Shown here: positions 17,685-26,409 of the stretch, in pieces
Position numbering within the stretch: position 1 is the first letter of the stretch
How the letters are laid out: each line of letters opens with the position of its first letter
Virus record (IMG/VR): IMGVR_UViG_3300017903_000773
Span: 1 to 37,349 of that record
Origin: a virus
Lineage: Duplodnaviria; Caudoviricetes
Direction: 5' to 3' (one strand)
DNA: 37,349 nt
Notes under the pieces: model-generated
Told to the model about the DNA's origin: nothing
Database searches by the model: none
The model's input: the letters and a program-made list of their open reading frames with translations, nothing else
Translations under genes and position numbers: made by a program

Positions 17685-17843
17685 ATGTACGAAAACTATC
17701 AGGCAAATCTTTTAGACAAATGCAACCAAAGACTTTTATGTTGCAACCAAAAAATTGAACAATTAACACAAGAGCTTAGAAAAGCCAAGTTAGACAAAAT
17801 TGAAGTTTACAAACTTATGAAAGCAATCAAGGAGGTTAAGTAA
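17685..17843 (+). CDS. Small coiled-coil hypothetical protein, 52 aa
   Basis: Manually translated (MYENYQANLLDKCNQRLL...); abuts the next ATG. Confidence 0.55.
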   Translation: MYENYQANLLDKCNQRLLCCNQKIEQLTQELRKAKLDKIEVYKLMKAIKEVK

Positions 17844-18083
17844 ATGGAAACTCAATTTAAATCATTAAGCCCAGACTATAGCGTTGCAGAATTACTGGCA
17901 ATTAAGATTAAGCAAGAGGCAATAGATCTCAAAGGTGTGGAATTTGATTGCTATTTTAATTGTATTTTTAACTGGAAATATATCACTCTTGGTATTTACC
18001 CAGATGGTCAAGTCTATACAATGTATTCAGATACAGGGTTTAGTTCCCTTGATAAAGTTTTTGGTACACAAGAGGCTAAATGA
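17844..18083 (+). CDS. Hypothetical protein
   Basis: Preceded by GGAGG; ATGA-coupled to the next ORF. Confidence 0.62.
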   Translation: METQFKSLSPDYSVAELLAIKIKQEAIDLKGVEFDCYFNCIFNWKYITLGIYPDGQVYTMYSDTGFSSLDKVFGTQEAK

Positions 18084-18289
18084 CTCAAGACAAACTTGAA
18101 TACCAGTTTAAAAAGGCTTTTTTGGAACAAGAGTCAGAAAAATATATAGATTATCTTTGTCAGCCTAGAACAAAGCCAGAGGTTTATGCAGCAATAGAAA
18201 AGATTGCATTGTTACACCTTGAGATTAAAAATTGTGAGGATATTATCTATACAGCAAATATTCCAGAATTTGATGATCCTTTGAATTAA
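18080..18289 (+). CDS. Hypothetical protein
   Basis: 69-aa coupled ORF. Confidence 0.62.
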   Translation: MTQDKLEYQFKKAFLEQESEKYIDYLCQPRTKPEVYAAIEKIALLHLEIKNCEDIIYTANIPEFDDPLN

Positions 18290-18342
18290 AGGCTAATATC
18301 AATTTGTAAGAGATTACCTATGCTTCGTTACTTCAACGATAC

Positions 18343-18507
18343 ATGAACATCTTTCTAAACATAAAAGCTGAAGATGCTGTAAGGCTTAGACAGTTTTTAA
18401 AAAAGAACCCTTCAACGTCTGGATCTGGAGTTACAAGGGAACATCTTAACGCTGGTATTATTTCCAGAGTTGTTTATTCTCTTGAACACGCTTTAAATGA
18501 ATTATGA
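18343..18507 (+). CDS. Hypothetical protein, 54 aa (MNIFLNIKAEDAVRLRQFL...)
   Basis: Manually translated; TAATAT at 18294 upstream. Confidence 0.55.
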   Translation: MNIFLNIKAEDAVRLRQFLKKNPSTSGSGVTREHLNAGIISRVVYSLEHALNEL

Positions 18508-18617
18508 GTCGGGTAGCCTGATGACTTTAGCAAAGCAAGTCTGAAAGCCATACAACACCTATTGTGAGATTTAGGAAAAGCAGGGGGGCAAGCGAAGTGC
18601 CTATCTATCACCCGACT
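18507..18617 (+). ncRNA. Candidate structured non-coding RNA (multi-stem junction); strand not certain
   Basis: 8-bp closing stem AGTCGGGT/ACCCGACT enclosing CCTG/CAGG, GACTT/AAGTC, CCTA/TAGG and GGGCA/TGCCT. GC-enriched, non-coding, between convergent stops. Confidence 0.55.
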
Positions 18618-18813
18618 ACTCACATAATGTATATTTTGCTTTTATATCTTCAACAATCATTTCTGGATATTGAATAGTGTGCCAAATATGACCACACTCA
18701 TAACATTCTCTACGCCTTACAATAACGTGCTTTGAATTGCGGTCTGATCTTCTTACTTTCTGGTCTGTATAATCCTTGCACTTAGGACAGGCTACCCATG
18801 AAATCCGTTTCAT
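18616..18813 (-). CDS. NrdR-like zinc-ribbon protein (N-terminal domain only)
   Basis: CPKC...VIVRRRECYECGHIWHT matches the NrdR Zn-ribbon pattern; no ATP-cone. Confidence 0.72.
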   Translation of the reverse strand: MKRISWVACPKCKDYTDQKVRRSDRNSKHVIVRRRECYECGHIWHTIQYPEMIVEDIKAKYTLCE

Positions 18814-19234
18814 TGATTGTTCTTATTTTTATGTTTGCACCAGTTTCAGAATCTGTTTCACAGTACTTTTTGACAGCGTGTAAAGATACAACTTGAGAGT
18901 CGTCAGCAAATGCGGACTTAGTTAGACTATCCAGTAATGCTCTGCAATGTTTGTCCAGATCACCCTTGTTTTTGTTAGTGATATACACAGGAGCAGCTTG
19001 ACGCACCATGCCATTTGGGAGATAGTGCTTAAGCGGCCTTTTGAACCAGAACACCACCTCTATCTCAACTGGTTCTTCGATTATATCGTCCACTATTAAC
19101 TTTGCCCTCATTTCCACCTGTTTACGCCATGACTTCAGACGCTTACTTGTCTCAACCATTATTCCATTGCCAACGTGTTTTTTGCTTCCCTGCGGAGCAG
19201 ATTCCATGCCTTTCACAGAAATAATATATTCCAT
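18782..19234 (-). CDS. rusA: Holliday junction resolvase RusA
   Basis: APQGSK and GDLDKHCRALLDSL...FADDSQVV motifs. Confidence 0.88.
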   Translation of the reverse strand: MEYIISVKGMESAPQGSKKHVGNGIMVETSKRLKSWRKQVEMRAKLIVDDIIEEPVEIEVVFWFKRPLKHYLPNGMVRQAAPVYITNKNKGDLDKHCRALLDSLTKSAFADDSQVVSLHAVKKYCETDSETGANIKIRTINETDFMGSLS

Positions 19235-19239
19235 AGAAA

Positions 19240-20013
19240 ATGAGTTTTATTCCAGAGAATACACCATTCATAGCTTTGCCAACAGCATTAAAGGGCAAAG
19301 TAACACCATTTCAGCTATCAGTTCTGTGGGTTTTGCAGTCCTATTATCCAAACATCTGGCCTAGCTATCAGACCATTTCTAATGATGCAAAAATGTCCAG
19401 AGACAAGGTTATTAAGACTGTTGCAGAACTTGTAGAACTAGGTTTGCTGCAAAAGCAATATAGGATCAATGAAGATGGTCAAAAAACTAACTGCTATAGG
19501 GTCACAATTTGGCATCAATGCAAGACATTTCCTGTACCAGATCCTAGTATTCATGCGGGGTCGTTGATACATACTACCCCAGTCGTTGAGAACTACCCCC
19601 CCAGTACGCCACAGCGACCCCCCCAGTCGTTGAGAACGACCCTAACTAAAACAAACTTAACTAAAACAAATAACTATAAAACTATTAGTCAGAAAAAACC
19701 TGTAGATAAATTCTTTGAACCTTTCTGGGAAGCTTACAGAAAGATACCTACATCAATGCGTGTTGTATCGCAATCTAAAAAGCTTGCAAAGGCCGAATTT
19801 AGTAAATTAGGTAAAAAGACACAGGAAAAGATACTTGACTGCCTACAGGCCGATATAAGAGCCAGATCGAAGCAATTAAAAAATGATAACTTCACTCCAT
19901 TATTTCCTGATTGTTTTCGTTATCTCAAAAATGGTCAATTTGAACAATATCTATTGACAGTATCTAAAAATGCAACTACATTAGGAAAACCCAAACAAAA
20001 CACCCCCTTTTAA
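19240..20013 (+). CDS. Replication initiator (lambda O-like; N-terminal winged HTH)
   Basis: WPSYQTIS...SRDKVIKTVAELVELGLL...NCY, C-terminal FEPFWEAY, and internal iterons. Confidence 0.82.
   Translation: MSFIPENTPFIALPTALKGKVTPFQLSVLWVLQSYYPNIWPSYQTISNDAKMSRDKVIKTVAELVELGLLQKQYRINEDGQKTNCYRVTIWHQCKTFPVPDPSIHAGSLIHTTPVVENYPPSTPQRPPQSLRTTLTKTNLTKTNNYKTISQKKPVDKFFEPFWEAYRKIPTSMRVVSQSKKLAKAEFSKLGKKTQEKILDCLQADIRARSKQLKNDNFTPLFPDCFRYLKNGQFEQYLLTVSKNATTLGKPKQNTPF
19555..19684. repeat. Replication origin: four 22-bp iteron-like units plus A-rich repeats
   Basis: CCCCAGTCGTTGAGAAC(T/G)ACCC at 19577 and 19621, degenerate copies at 19555 and 19599; TAACTAAAACAAA at 19643 and 19658. Confidence 0.8.
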
Positions 20014-20019
20014 CACCCC

Positions 20020-20487
20020 ATGAAGAATTACAAGCGGGCTGCTGTTGATAGAGAAGTTACCTTCAACGCACCCAAATACACTTGTTATGCTTGCAATGAT
20101 ACAGGCATCATTAACAATTCAGACAAGTTAATAAACAATCACTTACCAGATTATGACATTGACGACAACGGAAGGCGGTTCTCTGGTCAGGATTTAGCTC
20201 TTATATGTTACTGCAATGCAGCTAACGCTCAATATGACATAGATGGTCAGATAATCTCTCATGGATACAGAGATTCAGATGGTCAAATAAGAAACAACAT
20301 TGGTGTAGATATTCCTATCGACATTGTTCGAGATATACACAACATGAGAAAAGAAGGCTGGTCTAAAACAGAAAAGCTTATGAATAAACTTATCCAAAAA
20401 AATATCAAAAACCAAGAATTTGCACTTCCACCAGAAGCTCAAAAAGTAAAAGATCAACTAACAAACTTTCAAATCAAATCATTATGA
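20020..20487 (+). CDS. Zn-binding hypothetical protein, possibly replication accessory
   Basis: CYACNDTG...ICYC; occupies the lambda P / helicase-loader position. Confidence 0.6.
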   Translation: MKNYKRAAVDREVTFNAPKYTCYACNDTGIINNSDKLINNHLPDYDIDDNGRRFSGQDLALICYCNAANAQYDIDGQIISHGYRDSDGQIRNNIGVDIPIDIVRDIHNMRKEGWSKTEKLMNKLIQKNIKNQEFALPPEAQKVKDQLTNFQIKSL

Positions 20488-21422
20488 CTAACCACAAGTA
20501 TCGTCCTCATCTTTCTTTTGAGTACAAACAAACAAGAAATCAAACCATTTTAGAAATGAGAAAAGATGGTCACACACTGCAATCAATCGCAGACAAATTT
20601 GATTGTTCCAGAGAATGGATTAGATTAATTCTTAAAAATGATTTAAATACTACTGATAAATTTAAATTTAATCCTCAACAACATTGTAAAGCAGATGAAT
20701 ATTCTGCTCCTGACATCACTAAGCTTACTGGCTACTCTGATCATTACATTTATCAACTTATCAAAAAAAATTGGATTCCAAATTCTACAAGGTTTGTTAA
20801 AACACGTTCACCACGTACACCTGATGCACATTTCTGGAAAAAAACTGATATTGATAGATGGATTGATATTAAAATAAAATACTTAAAAATTTCTCTTGAT
20901 AATTTTTTAAACTCCAGACTTAATGGATATGACCTTTATCACCCAACTAATGGTCGCACTTATCGTGCTGCATATAATTTCTTTCACCCTGATTTACAAA
21001 AAAGATATAAATTACTTTTAGAACTACAGTCTGGCAATTGGAAAGGTAAACTTTCTTACAATTCAAAATGCAATGACTTAGTAATGAAAGAGTTTAATAA
21101 TTTAATTAAACCTATACAATATGTTCCTACTGACTATTCAAAATACTTAAATAAAGTAAGAACTAAAGATTATGCAGAAAAAGGTTTATATAACTCTATG
21201 AAAACAGCAAAGATTTTAGACATTGCTAGTACAACTATTAAAAGATATAGGCTATCAGGTGTTCTAAAAGAAGGTGAACACTATTTTACTGGTGAGCATT
21301 ACTTTCACAGATATATGTATGATCCTGAGAAAACGAAAAAAGCATTAGTTAAAGCTGGATACAACCAAAAATTAGCAGCTATACAAAAAAAAAGATGGGC
21401 AAAAATTAGAGGTGACAAGTAA
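20484..21422 (+). CDS. Multi-HTH DNA-binding protein (sigma region-4-like plus two AlpA/MerR-like HTHs)
   Basis: GHTLQSIADKFDCSREWIRLIL; YSAPDITKLTGYSDHYIYQLIKK; YNSMKTAKILDIASTTIKRYRLSG. Confidence 0.68.
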   Translation: MTNHKYRPHLSFEYKQTRNQTILEMRKDGHTLQSIADKFDCSREWIRLILKNDLNTTDKFKFNPQQHCKADEYSAPDITKLTGYSDHYIYQLIKKNWIPNSTRFVKTRSPRTPDAHFWKKTDIDRWIDIKIKYLKISLDNFLNSRLNGYDLYHPTNGRTYRAAYNFFHPDLQKRYKLLLELQSGNWKGKLSYNSKCNDLVMKEFNNLIKPIQYVPTDYSKYLNKVRTKDYAEKGLYNSMKTAKILDIASTTIKRYRLSGVLKEGEHYFTGEHYFHRYMYDPEKTKKALVKAGYNQKLAAIQKKRWAKIRGDK

Positions 21423-21715
21423 TGAGAAAAATTTACAACTTTATTTTTTTAAGCAACATTAAACTTTATGATTCAATGTTTTATAAAGCTGAATTGATTG
21501 CTGAATCAGAACTACCACATAATCTGAAAATTATTTATGTCTGGTGTATTTGTCAAATACAAAATCTTTGTGGTTTGCTTAATAATTTTTTGATCTTTAT
21601 TGATGATAAGTTTGTACTTAATAATCTTATTTCCTTACAAGAAATTCAAGATTTTGGTATCGATTTAGAAAGAAATCAAAATTTAAGAAAAAAATACGAA
21701 GAGGAACAAGAATGA
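21422..21715 (+). CDS. Hypothetical protein
   Basis: Coupled ORF (TAATG and ATGA overlaps); very AT-rich. Confidence 0.5.
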   Translation: MRKIYNFIFLSNIKLYDSMFYKAELIAESELPHNLKIIYVWCICQIQNLCGLLNNFLIFIDDKFVLNNLISLQEIQDFGIDLERNQNLRKKYEEEQE

Positions 21716-22344
21716 GAAAAACACTTGCAGACCTTAGAGGTAAGCTTGTTGCTTGGAAAGGTTGGGAAACTAGCCAGAGGCACAACAGAACATGGATTTG
21801 TATTTCTAAAGCTTATGTAATTCCTTGGGACAGAAATATGGCAATACAAAAAATTGTTGAAAAAAAAGGTGGTTTTTATTTGCATCACTTTTGGCTCACA
21901 GGTGATAAACAAAATAATGCTCCACAACCTATCCATTTGTACGACAAATTAGGAGGTGTCGGTATTGTTCGTAGTTATATGAGAAACAATGGATCTATTG
22001 ATTACACAATAAAAATGCCTGCTGATCTCTGGAATGTAGAAAGTTTTATTGATTTATATAATCAAGAATATAAAAAAACTACAGAAAAACAAAAAATTCA
22101 AAGATTAGAAGAAGGATTACAACACATAAGAGAGCATGAAAAAAATGATGAACATATTTTGTATGGTCTTACAAGATCAATAAGCAGCTTAAAAAAAGAG
22201 TTAGAAGAGGAAAAAAGATTTATAAAAAATTCACTAGAAGCTACAAATAAAGCTTTGAAAACAGTAAAAATGAATGGTAAATGTAAAAAATTAGATTTAA
22301 TAAAATTTCCTAACAGAAAAATTCGTACTCAAAAGGTTTTTTAA
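21712..22344 (+). CDS. Hypothetical protein
   Basis: 210-aa ORF with a C-terminal coiled coil. Confidence 0.65.
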   Translation: MRKTLADLRGKLVAWKGWETSQRHNRTWICISKAYVIPWDRNMAIQKIVEKKGGFYLHHFWLTGDKQNNAPQPIHLYDKLGGVGIVRSYMRNNGSIDYTIKMPADLWNVESFIDLYNQEYKKTTEKQKIQRLEEGLQHIREHEKNDEHILYGLTRSISSLKKELEEEKRFIKNSLEATNKALKTVKMNGKCKKLDLIKFPNRKIRTQKVF

Positions 22345-22345
22345 A

Positions 22346-22660
22346 ATGACTTTCTACAACACAATCAACGAAAAGCCCAGTGAACTTGCTAAATCACAAA
22401 CAAAAGCTAAAACACAGGAACAAAAGATTATTAATTGTTTTAAGCAATACGAAAGGCCACTAAGCCCATCAATGGTTCTTTCTATCTCAGGATTAAACTG
22501 CCCTATAACATCAATCAGAAGAGCTATGACAAACTTATCTGATGATGGCAAACTGGAAAAAACAAAAGACTTTGTAATGGGTAACTATGGAAAAAAAGAA
22601 CACCTTTGGTGTTTACCTAAAAAACCAGAATCATTTACTCAATCAACTCTACCTTTTTAA
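22346..22660 (+). CDS. Winged-helix DNA-binding protein
   Basis: PLSPSMV...ITSIRRAMTNLSDDGKLEKT...GNYGKKEHLW. Confidence 0.68.
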   Translation: MTFYNTINEKPSELAKSQTKAKTQEQKIINCFKQYERPLSPSMVLSISGLNCPITSIRRAMTNLSDDGKLEKTKDFVMGNYGKKEHLWCLPKKPESFTQSTLPF

Positions 22661-22662
22661 GA

Positions 22663-23133
22663 ATGATTGTTCAGTTAAGTCCTTCTGAAGTTTTAGTTTG
22701 TGAATGTATAGGAAGAATGAGATCATTGATTGCTCGCACAGCAAATGTTAAAGATCAAAAAATAGGTCAACATGATGGAAGTGATGCTGATGTAATGGGT
22801 TTTAAAGGAGAATATGCTTTCGCAAAACACTTTAATGTTTTTCCTGATCTTGGTTTATCACCCAGAAGTGGGAGTTATGATGGAGTTTTGAAAGATTTTA
22901 AATATGATATTAAATCAACACACATAAAAAATGGTCACTTGTTAGCAACAAAAAAAATAAATCCTGATGTCGATATTTATGTTTTATGTATTGTTGATAA
23001 TAATCAAGTTGATATAAAAGGCTATGTTAAAAAAGAAGATTTCATTATTCCTGAAAATTTAAAAACATTAGGACATGGTGAAGGTTATTGCTTGAATCAA
23101 TCTCAACTAACACAATTTAAATTAAAAACATAA
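22663..23133 (+). CDS. Putative PD-(D/E)XK-fold nuclease
   Basis: GFKGEYAFAKHF...YDG...YDIKST, i.e. an E..D..DxK arrangement. Confidence 0.55.
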   Translation: MIVQLSPSEVLVCECIGRMRSLIARTANVKDQKIGQHDGSDADVMGFKGEYAFAKHFNVFPDLGLSPRSGSYDGVLKDFKYDIKSTHIKNGHLLATKKINPDVDIYVLCIVDNNQVDIKGYVKKEDFIIPENLKTLGHGEGYCLNQSQLTQFKLKT

Positions 23134-23261
23134 TGAAAAACAAAGACTTTGACACCTTCAACAATGACCGCATCAATGCACTAAGAAAAAGGATTGATGA
23201 ACTAATATTTTTAAAAAATAGCTGGGAGAAACAAAGTAAATCGACAAAAACTAACGATTGA
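23133..23261 (+). CDS. Hypothetical protein, 42 aa
   Basis: Manually translated (MKNKDFDTFNNDRINALRKRIDEL...); TAATG overlap. Confidence 0.5.
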   Translation: MKNKDFDTFNNDRINALRKRIDELIFLKNSWEKQSKSTKTND

Positions 23262-23297
23262 CGCTACATTTAGAATAATAAAAACCATAAATCCATA

Positions 23298-23621
23298 GTG
23301 GCTAACGGCAGAACTAGCAAGAATGAATATGAGTACAGAGTGAACAAAGTGGCAAAACTTTTGTCTGTTGGTAGTGTTAGGTCAGATATACACCAATTTG
23401 CAACAAAGGAATGGGGGGTTCATTCAAGAACTATAGATAGATATATCCAAGATGCTAGAGAGATTGTAAAGCAGGATTTTGACATTGATCGCAGACAATT
23501 TACGGCAGATATTCTTTCTCAATATGCATCATTAGCAAAAGAGGCTAGGAAATCAGGGCAGTTGCACGTAGCTTTAGGCTGTATAAACTCAATGGCTAAA
23601 GTAGGACAGGTAAGCACTTGA
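23298..23621 (+). CDS. Putative terminase small subunit
   Basis: HTH-like WGVHSRTIDRYI; immediately upstream of and overlapping TerL. Confidence 0.68.
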   Translation: MANGRTSKNEYEYRVNKVAKLLSVGSVRSDIHQFATKEWGVHSRTIDRYIQDAREIVKQDFDIDRRQFTADILSQYASLAKEARKSGQLHVALGCINSMAKVGQVST

Positions 23622-24958
23622 GCATTCTAAATAGAGAAGGATCAGTCTTAGATCACATAGGCAGTCACTACGTTGATATTGATACTGATGAGCTTTTAGA
23701 TCGCATAAGAACAGATTTACACCCACCCCAACAACAGTTCTTTGATAATCAGAACGAAATAGTTGGCCTTTCTGCTGGATATGGTGCTGGTAAGACAAGA
23801 GCTTTGTGCAGTATGGCTGTAAAGCTTGCAGCTATGAATATTGGATTTATTGGTGCTGTTATGGAACCCACTGCACCGCTTATCAGAGACATATGGCAAA
23901 CAGACTTTGAATTGTTCCTTGAGCAGTATGAAATCCCATATACTTTCAGAGCTAGTCCGCTTCCAGAATATACTTTGCATTTCAAAGAAGGTGACAGCAA
24001 GCTATTATGCAGATCTTTTGAAAACTGGAGTCGAATAATAGGCTTGAACTTATCGCACGTTCTTGTTGATGAAATAGATGTTGTATCCCCAACTATTGCA
24101 GATAAAGCCTTCCCAAAGATACTGGGACGACTAAGGGCTGGTAATGTCCGCCAGTTTTGTGCAGCAAGTACACCAGAGGGATTTAGGTGGCTATACAACA
24201 CCTTTGGTACAGATGAAGCAAAGGAGAGAACCGATAGGCAGCTAATCAAGATGAGGACTCAAGACAATCCACATTTGCCTAGTGACTTCATTGAACGTAT
24301 GCAAGCCAACTATGATCCATCAATGTTACAGGCGTATTTAAATGGAGAGTTTATCAACTTAACTACAGGTCAGGTTTATGACCGCTTTACCAGAGAAAAG
24401 AATGTCATCAATGTCAAACCTGATATTGGCCTTGAACCCTTGAGAATCGGCTTGGATTTCAATATATCGAACATGAACTGCGTGATCGGTATTATCCAAA
24501 ATCAAAAATTGTTAATATTTGATGAGATTAGTGGCAGTCACGATACAGATAGCATTGCCCAAGAGATCAAAGCCAGATACCCTATGAATAAGATTTACAT
24601 ATACCCAGATGCAAGTGGAGGCAACAGAAGTACTAATGCAAGTCAGACGGACATTCAGATTCTTGAAGGATATGGGTTCAGCAATCAAAGCCCACGCAGC
24701 AACCCACCAGTCAGAGACAGGATTTCTGCCGTACAGGCTTTATTATGTAACGGCAAAGGGGAAAGCCGTTTACAAATCCATGCCAGTTGCCGAAAGCTAA
24801 TTGAATCAATGGAACTTCAGTCATACACAGAGAAGGGAGAACCAGATAAAGAGTCTGGCTATGACCATATGGCTGATGCTGTGGGATATTTAATATGGCG
24901 TGAATTTAATCCATTATTTGCTAGGTCGGGCAAAGCTACAGGGATTAGAATATATTAA
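23618..24958 (+). CDS. terL: Terminase large subunit
   Basis: Walker A AGYGAGKT, Walker B VLVDE, ASTPEG coupling motif, nuclease motifs GLDFN and YDHMADA. Confidence 0.95.
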   Translation: MSILNREGSVLDHIGSHYVDIDTDELLDRIRTDLHPPQQQFFDNQNEIVGLSAGYGAGKTRALCSMAVKLAAMNIGFIGAVMEPTAPLIRDIWQTDFELFLEQYEIPYTFRASPLPEYTLHFKEGDSKLLCRSFENWSRIIGLNLSHVLVDEIDVVSPTIADKAFPKILGRLRAGNVRQFCAASTPEGFRWLYNTFGTDEAKERTDRQLIKMRTQDNPHLPSDFIERMQANYDPSMLQAYLNGEFINLTTGQVYDRFTREKNVINVKPDIGLEPLRIGLDFNISNMNCVIGIIQNQKLLIFDEISGSHDTDSIAQEIKARYPMNKIYIYPDASGGNRSTNASQTDIQILEGYGFSNQSPRSNPPVRDRISAVQALLCNGKGESRLQIHASCRKLIESMELQSYTEKGEPDKESGYDHMADAVGYLIWREFNPLFARSGKATGIRIY

Positions 24959-24984
24959 GAACATGATAGTATTGAGGCAAAACT

Positions 24985-26406
24985 GTGTATAGCTCACTAA
25001 ATATTTACAATCAGCCCATAACACAAGCTGCTACTACAGTTGCCAGCCCTAATGCTGCTTATCAAAGGATGAGTCAGTTCTGGGATTTGATAACAGATTT
25101 GAAGGAAGGAACATATAAGATTAGGAGTGAACATAGAAAATACTTGCCACAAGAAAGCAGGGAGACAGATGATTCATATGACGTTAGATTATCGAGATCA
25201 ACAGTAGTGCCATATTTGCAGCGTATTGAAAAGATGCTATCAGGTATGTTGGTCAGAAAGCCAGTCCGTTTAGATGACGTTTCAGATCTTGTTCGTGAGC
25301 AACTTTTTGATGTTGACCTTGAGGGTAATGATCTTAATGTTTGGCTATACAACACAGCAAGACTGGCAATCAGCTTTGGCCATGTTGGGGTACTTGTTGA
25401 TGCACCAAAGGAAGGGGACAAAACCAGACCATACTGGGTGACGTACACACCGAAAGACATTCTAGGATTTAGGTCTGAGATCATAGATGGTGCAAGGCAA
25501 CTCACACAGTTGCGTTTATTAGAACAGGTTGTTGAACCAGATGGAAAATATGGTGACAAGATCATTAAACAGATCAGAGTATTAGAAAGGGGCAGATATG
25601 AGATTCATAGAAAAGATGAAAAGAAGGGCGAATATAAATTGTTTGATGAAGGTGAAATGAGCCTCAAGGACAAGATTCCTTTTGCCATTGCCTACTCCAA
25701 CAGAGTTGGTTACTACGAAAGCCGCAGTCCTTTGTATGATATTGCAGAACTAAATCTCAAGCATTATCAGATACAGTCTGACTTGGATAATATTTTGCAC
25801 ATAAGTTCTGTTCCCATGCTTGCAGTCTTTGGGTATCCAAATGCAGATGAGATAACAACAGGGCCTAATGAGGCATTATCATTGCCACCAGAATCAAGAA
25901 TGGAATACATTTCTCCATCAGGGGACAGCTATGACAGCCAGTTCACAAGACTGAAAGATATTGCAGAACAAATCAATACATTGTCACTAGCCGCAGTGCT
26001 TGGACAAAAGTTGGTAGGAGAGACAGCAGAGGCCAAAAGGATAGATAGATCGCAGAATGACAGCACAATGATGGTCATTGCACAGCAGATGCAAGACTTG
26101 ATTGATAACTGCCTTAAGTTTCATAGTGAATACCTTAATGAGCCTAATGCTGGCAGTAGTTTTGTAAACAGGGATTTTGTAAGTGCAAGACTAGAACCAC
26201 AGGAGATAACATCATTGCTCACATTGTTTACTGCTGGAACTATTAGTCAAGAAACTCTACTTAAGCAATTATCGACTGGAGAAGTTTTGCCAGATGATTT
26301 TGATATTGAAGAGGAGATAGAAAGTACACAGCAGGGAGGTCTTACAGAAGTAGAGCCACCAGAAGAACCTGACCCAGACCCAGAGGAGGAACAAGAGGAA
26401 GAATGA
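24985..26406 (+). CDS. Portal protein (DUF4055-like)
   Basis: Follows TerL; YLPQ...YDVRL, SPLYDIAELNLKHYQIQSD and ETAEAKRID motifs; acidic tail. Confidence 0.88.
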   Translation: MYSSLNIYNQPITQAATTVASPNAAYQRMSQFWDLITDLKEGTYKIRSEHRKYLPQESRETDDSYDVRLSRSTVVPYLQRIEKMLSGMLVRKPVRLDDVSDLVREQLFDVDLEGNDLNVWLYNTARLAISFGHVGVLVDAPKEGDKTRPYWVTYTPKDILGFRSEIIDGARQLTQLRLLEQVVEPDGKYGDKIIKQIRVLERGRYEIHRKDEKKGEYKLFDEGEMSLKDKIPFAIAYSNRVGYYESRSPLYDIAELNLKHYQIQSDLDNILHISSVPMLAVFGYPNADEITTGPNEALSLPPESRMEYISPSGDSYDSQFTRLKDIAEQINTLSLAAVLGQKLVGETAEAKRIDRSQNDSTMMVIAQQMQDLIDNCLKFHSEYLNEPNAGSSFVNRDFVSARLEPQEITSLLTLFTAGTISQETLLKQLSTGEVLPDDFDIEEEIESTQQGGLTEVEPPEEPDPDPEEEQEEE

Positions 26407-26409
26407 TAG

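Noticed and set aside
18503-18552. Canonical hammerhead ribozyme (CTGATGA...GAAA)
   Set aside because: Stem II does not close directly onto GAAA, and no well-paired stem III + UH or stem I can be built in the type I or III permutations I tried. Kept only as an unclassified structured RNA.
19555-19684. CRISPR-like mini array
   Set aside because: Units are contiguous 22-mers with no unique spacers, lie in frame within the initiator gene, and no cas genes are present.
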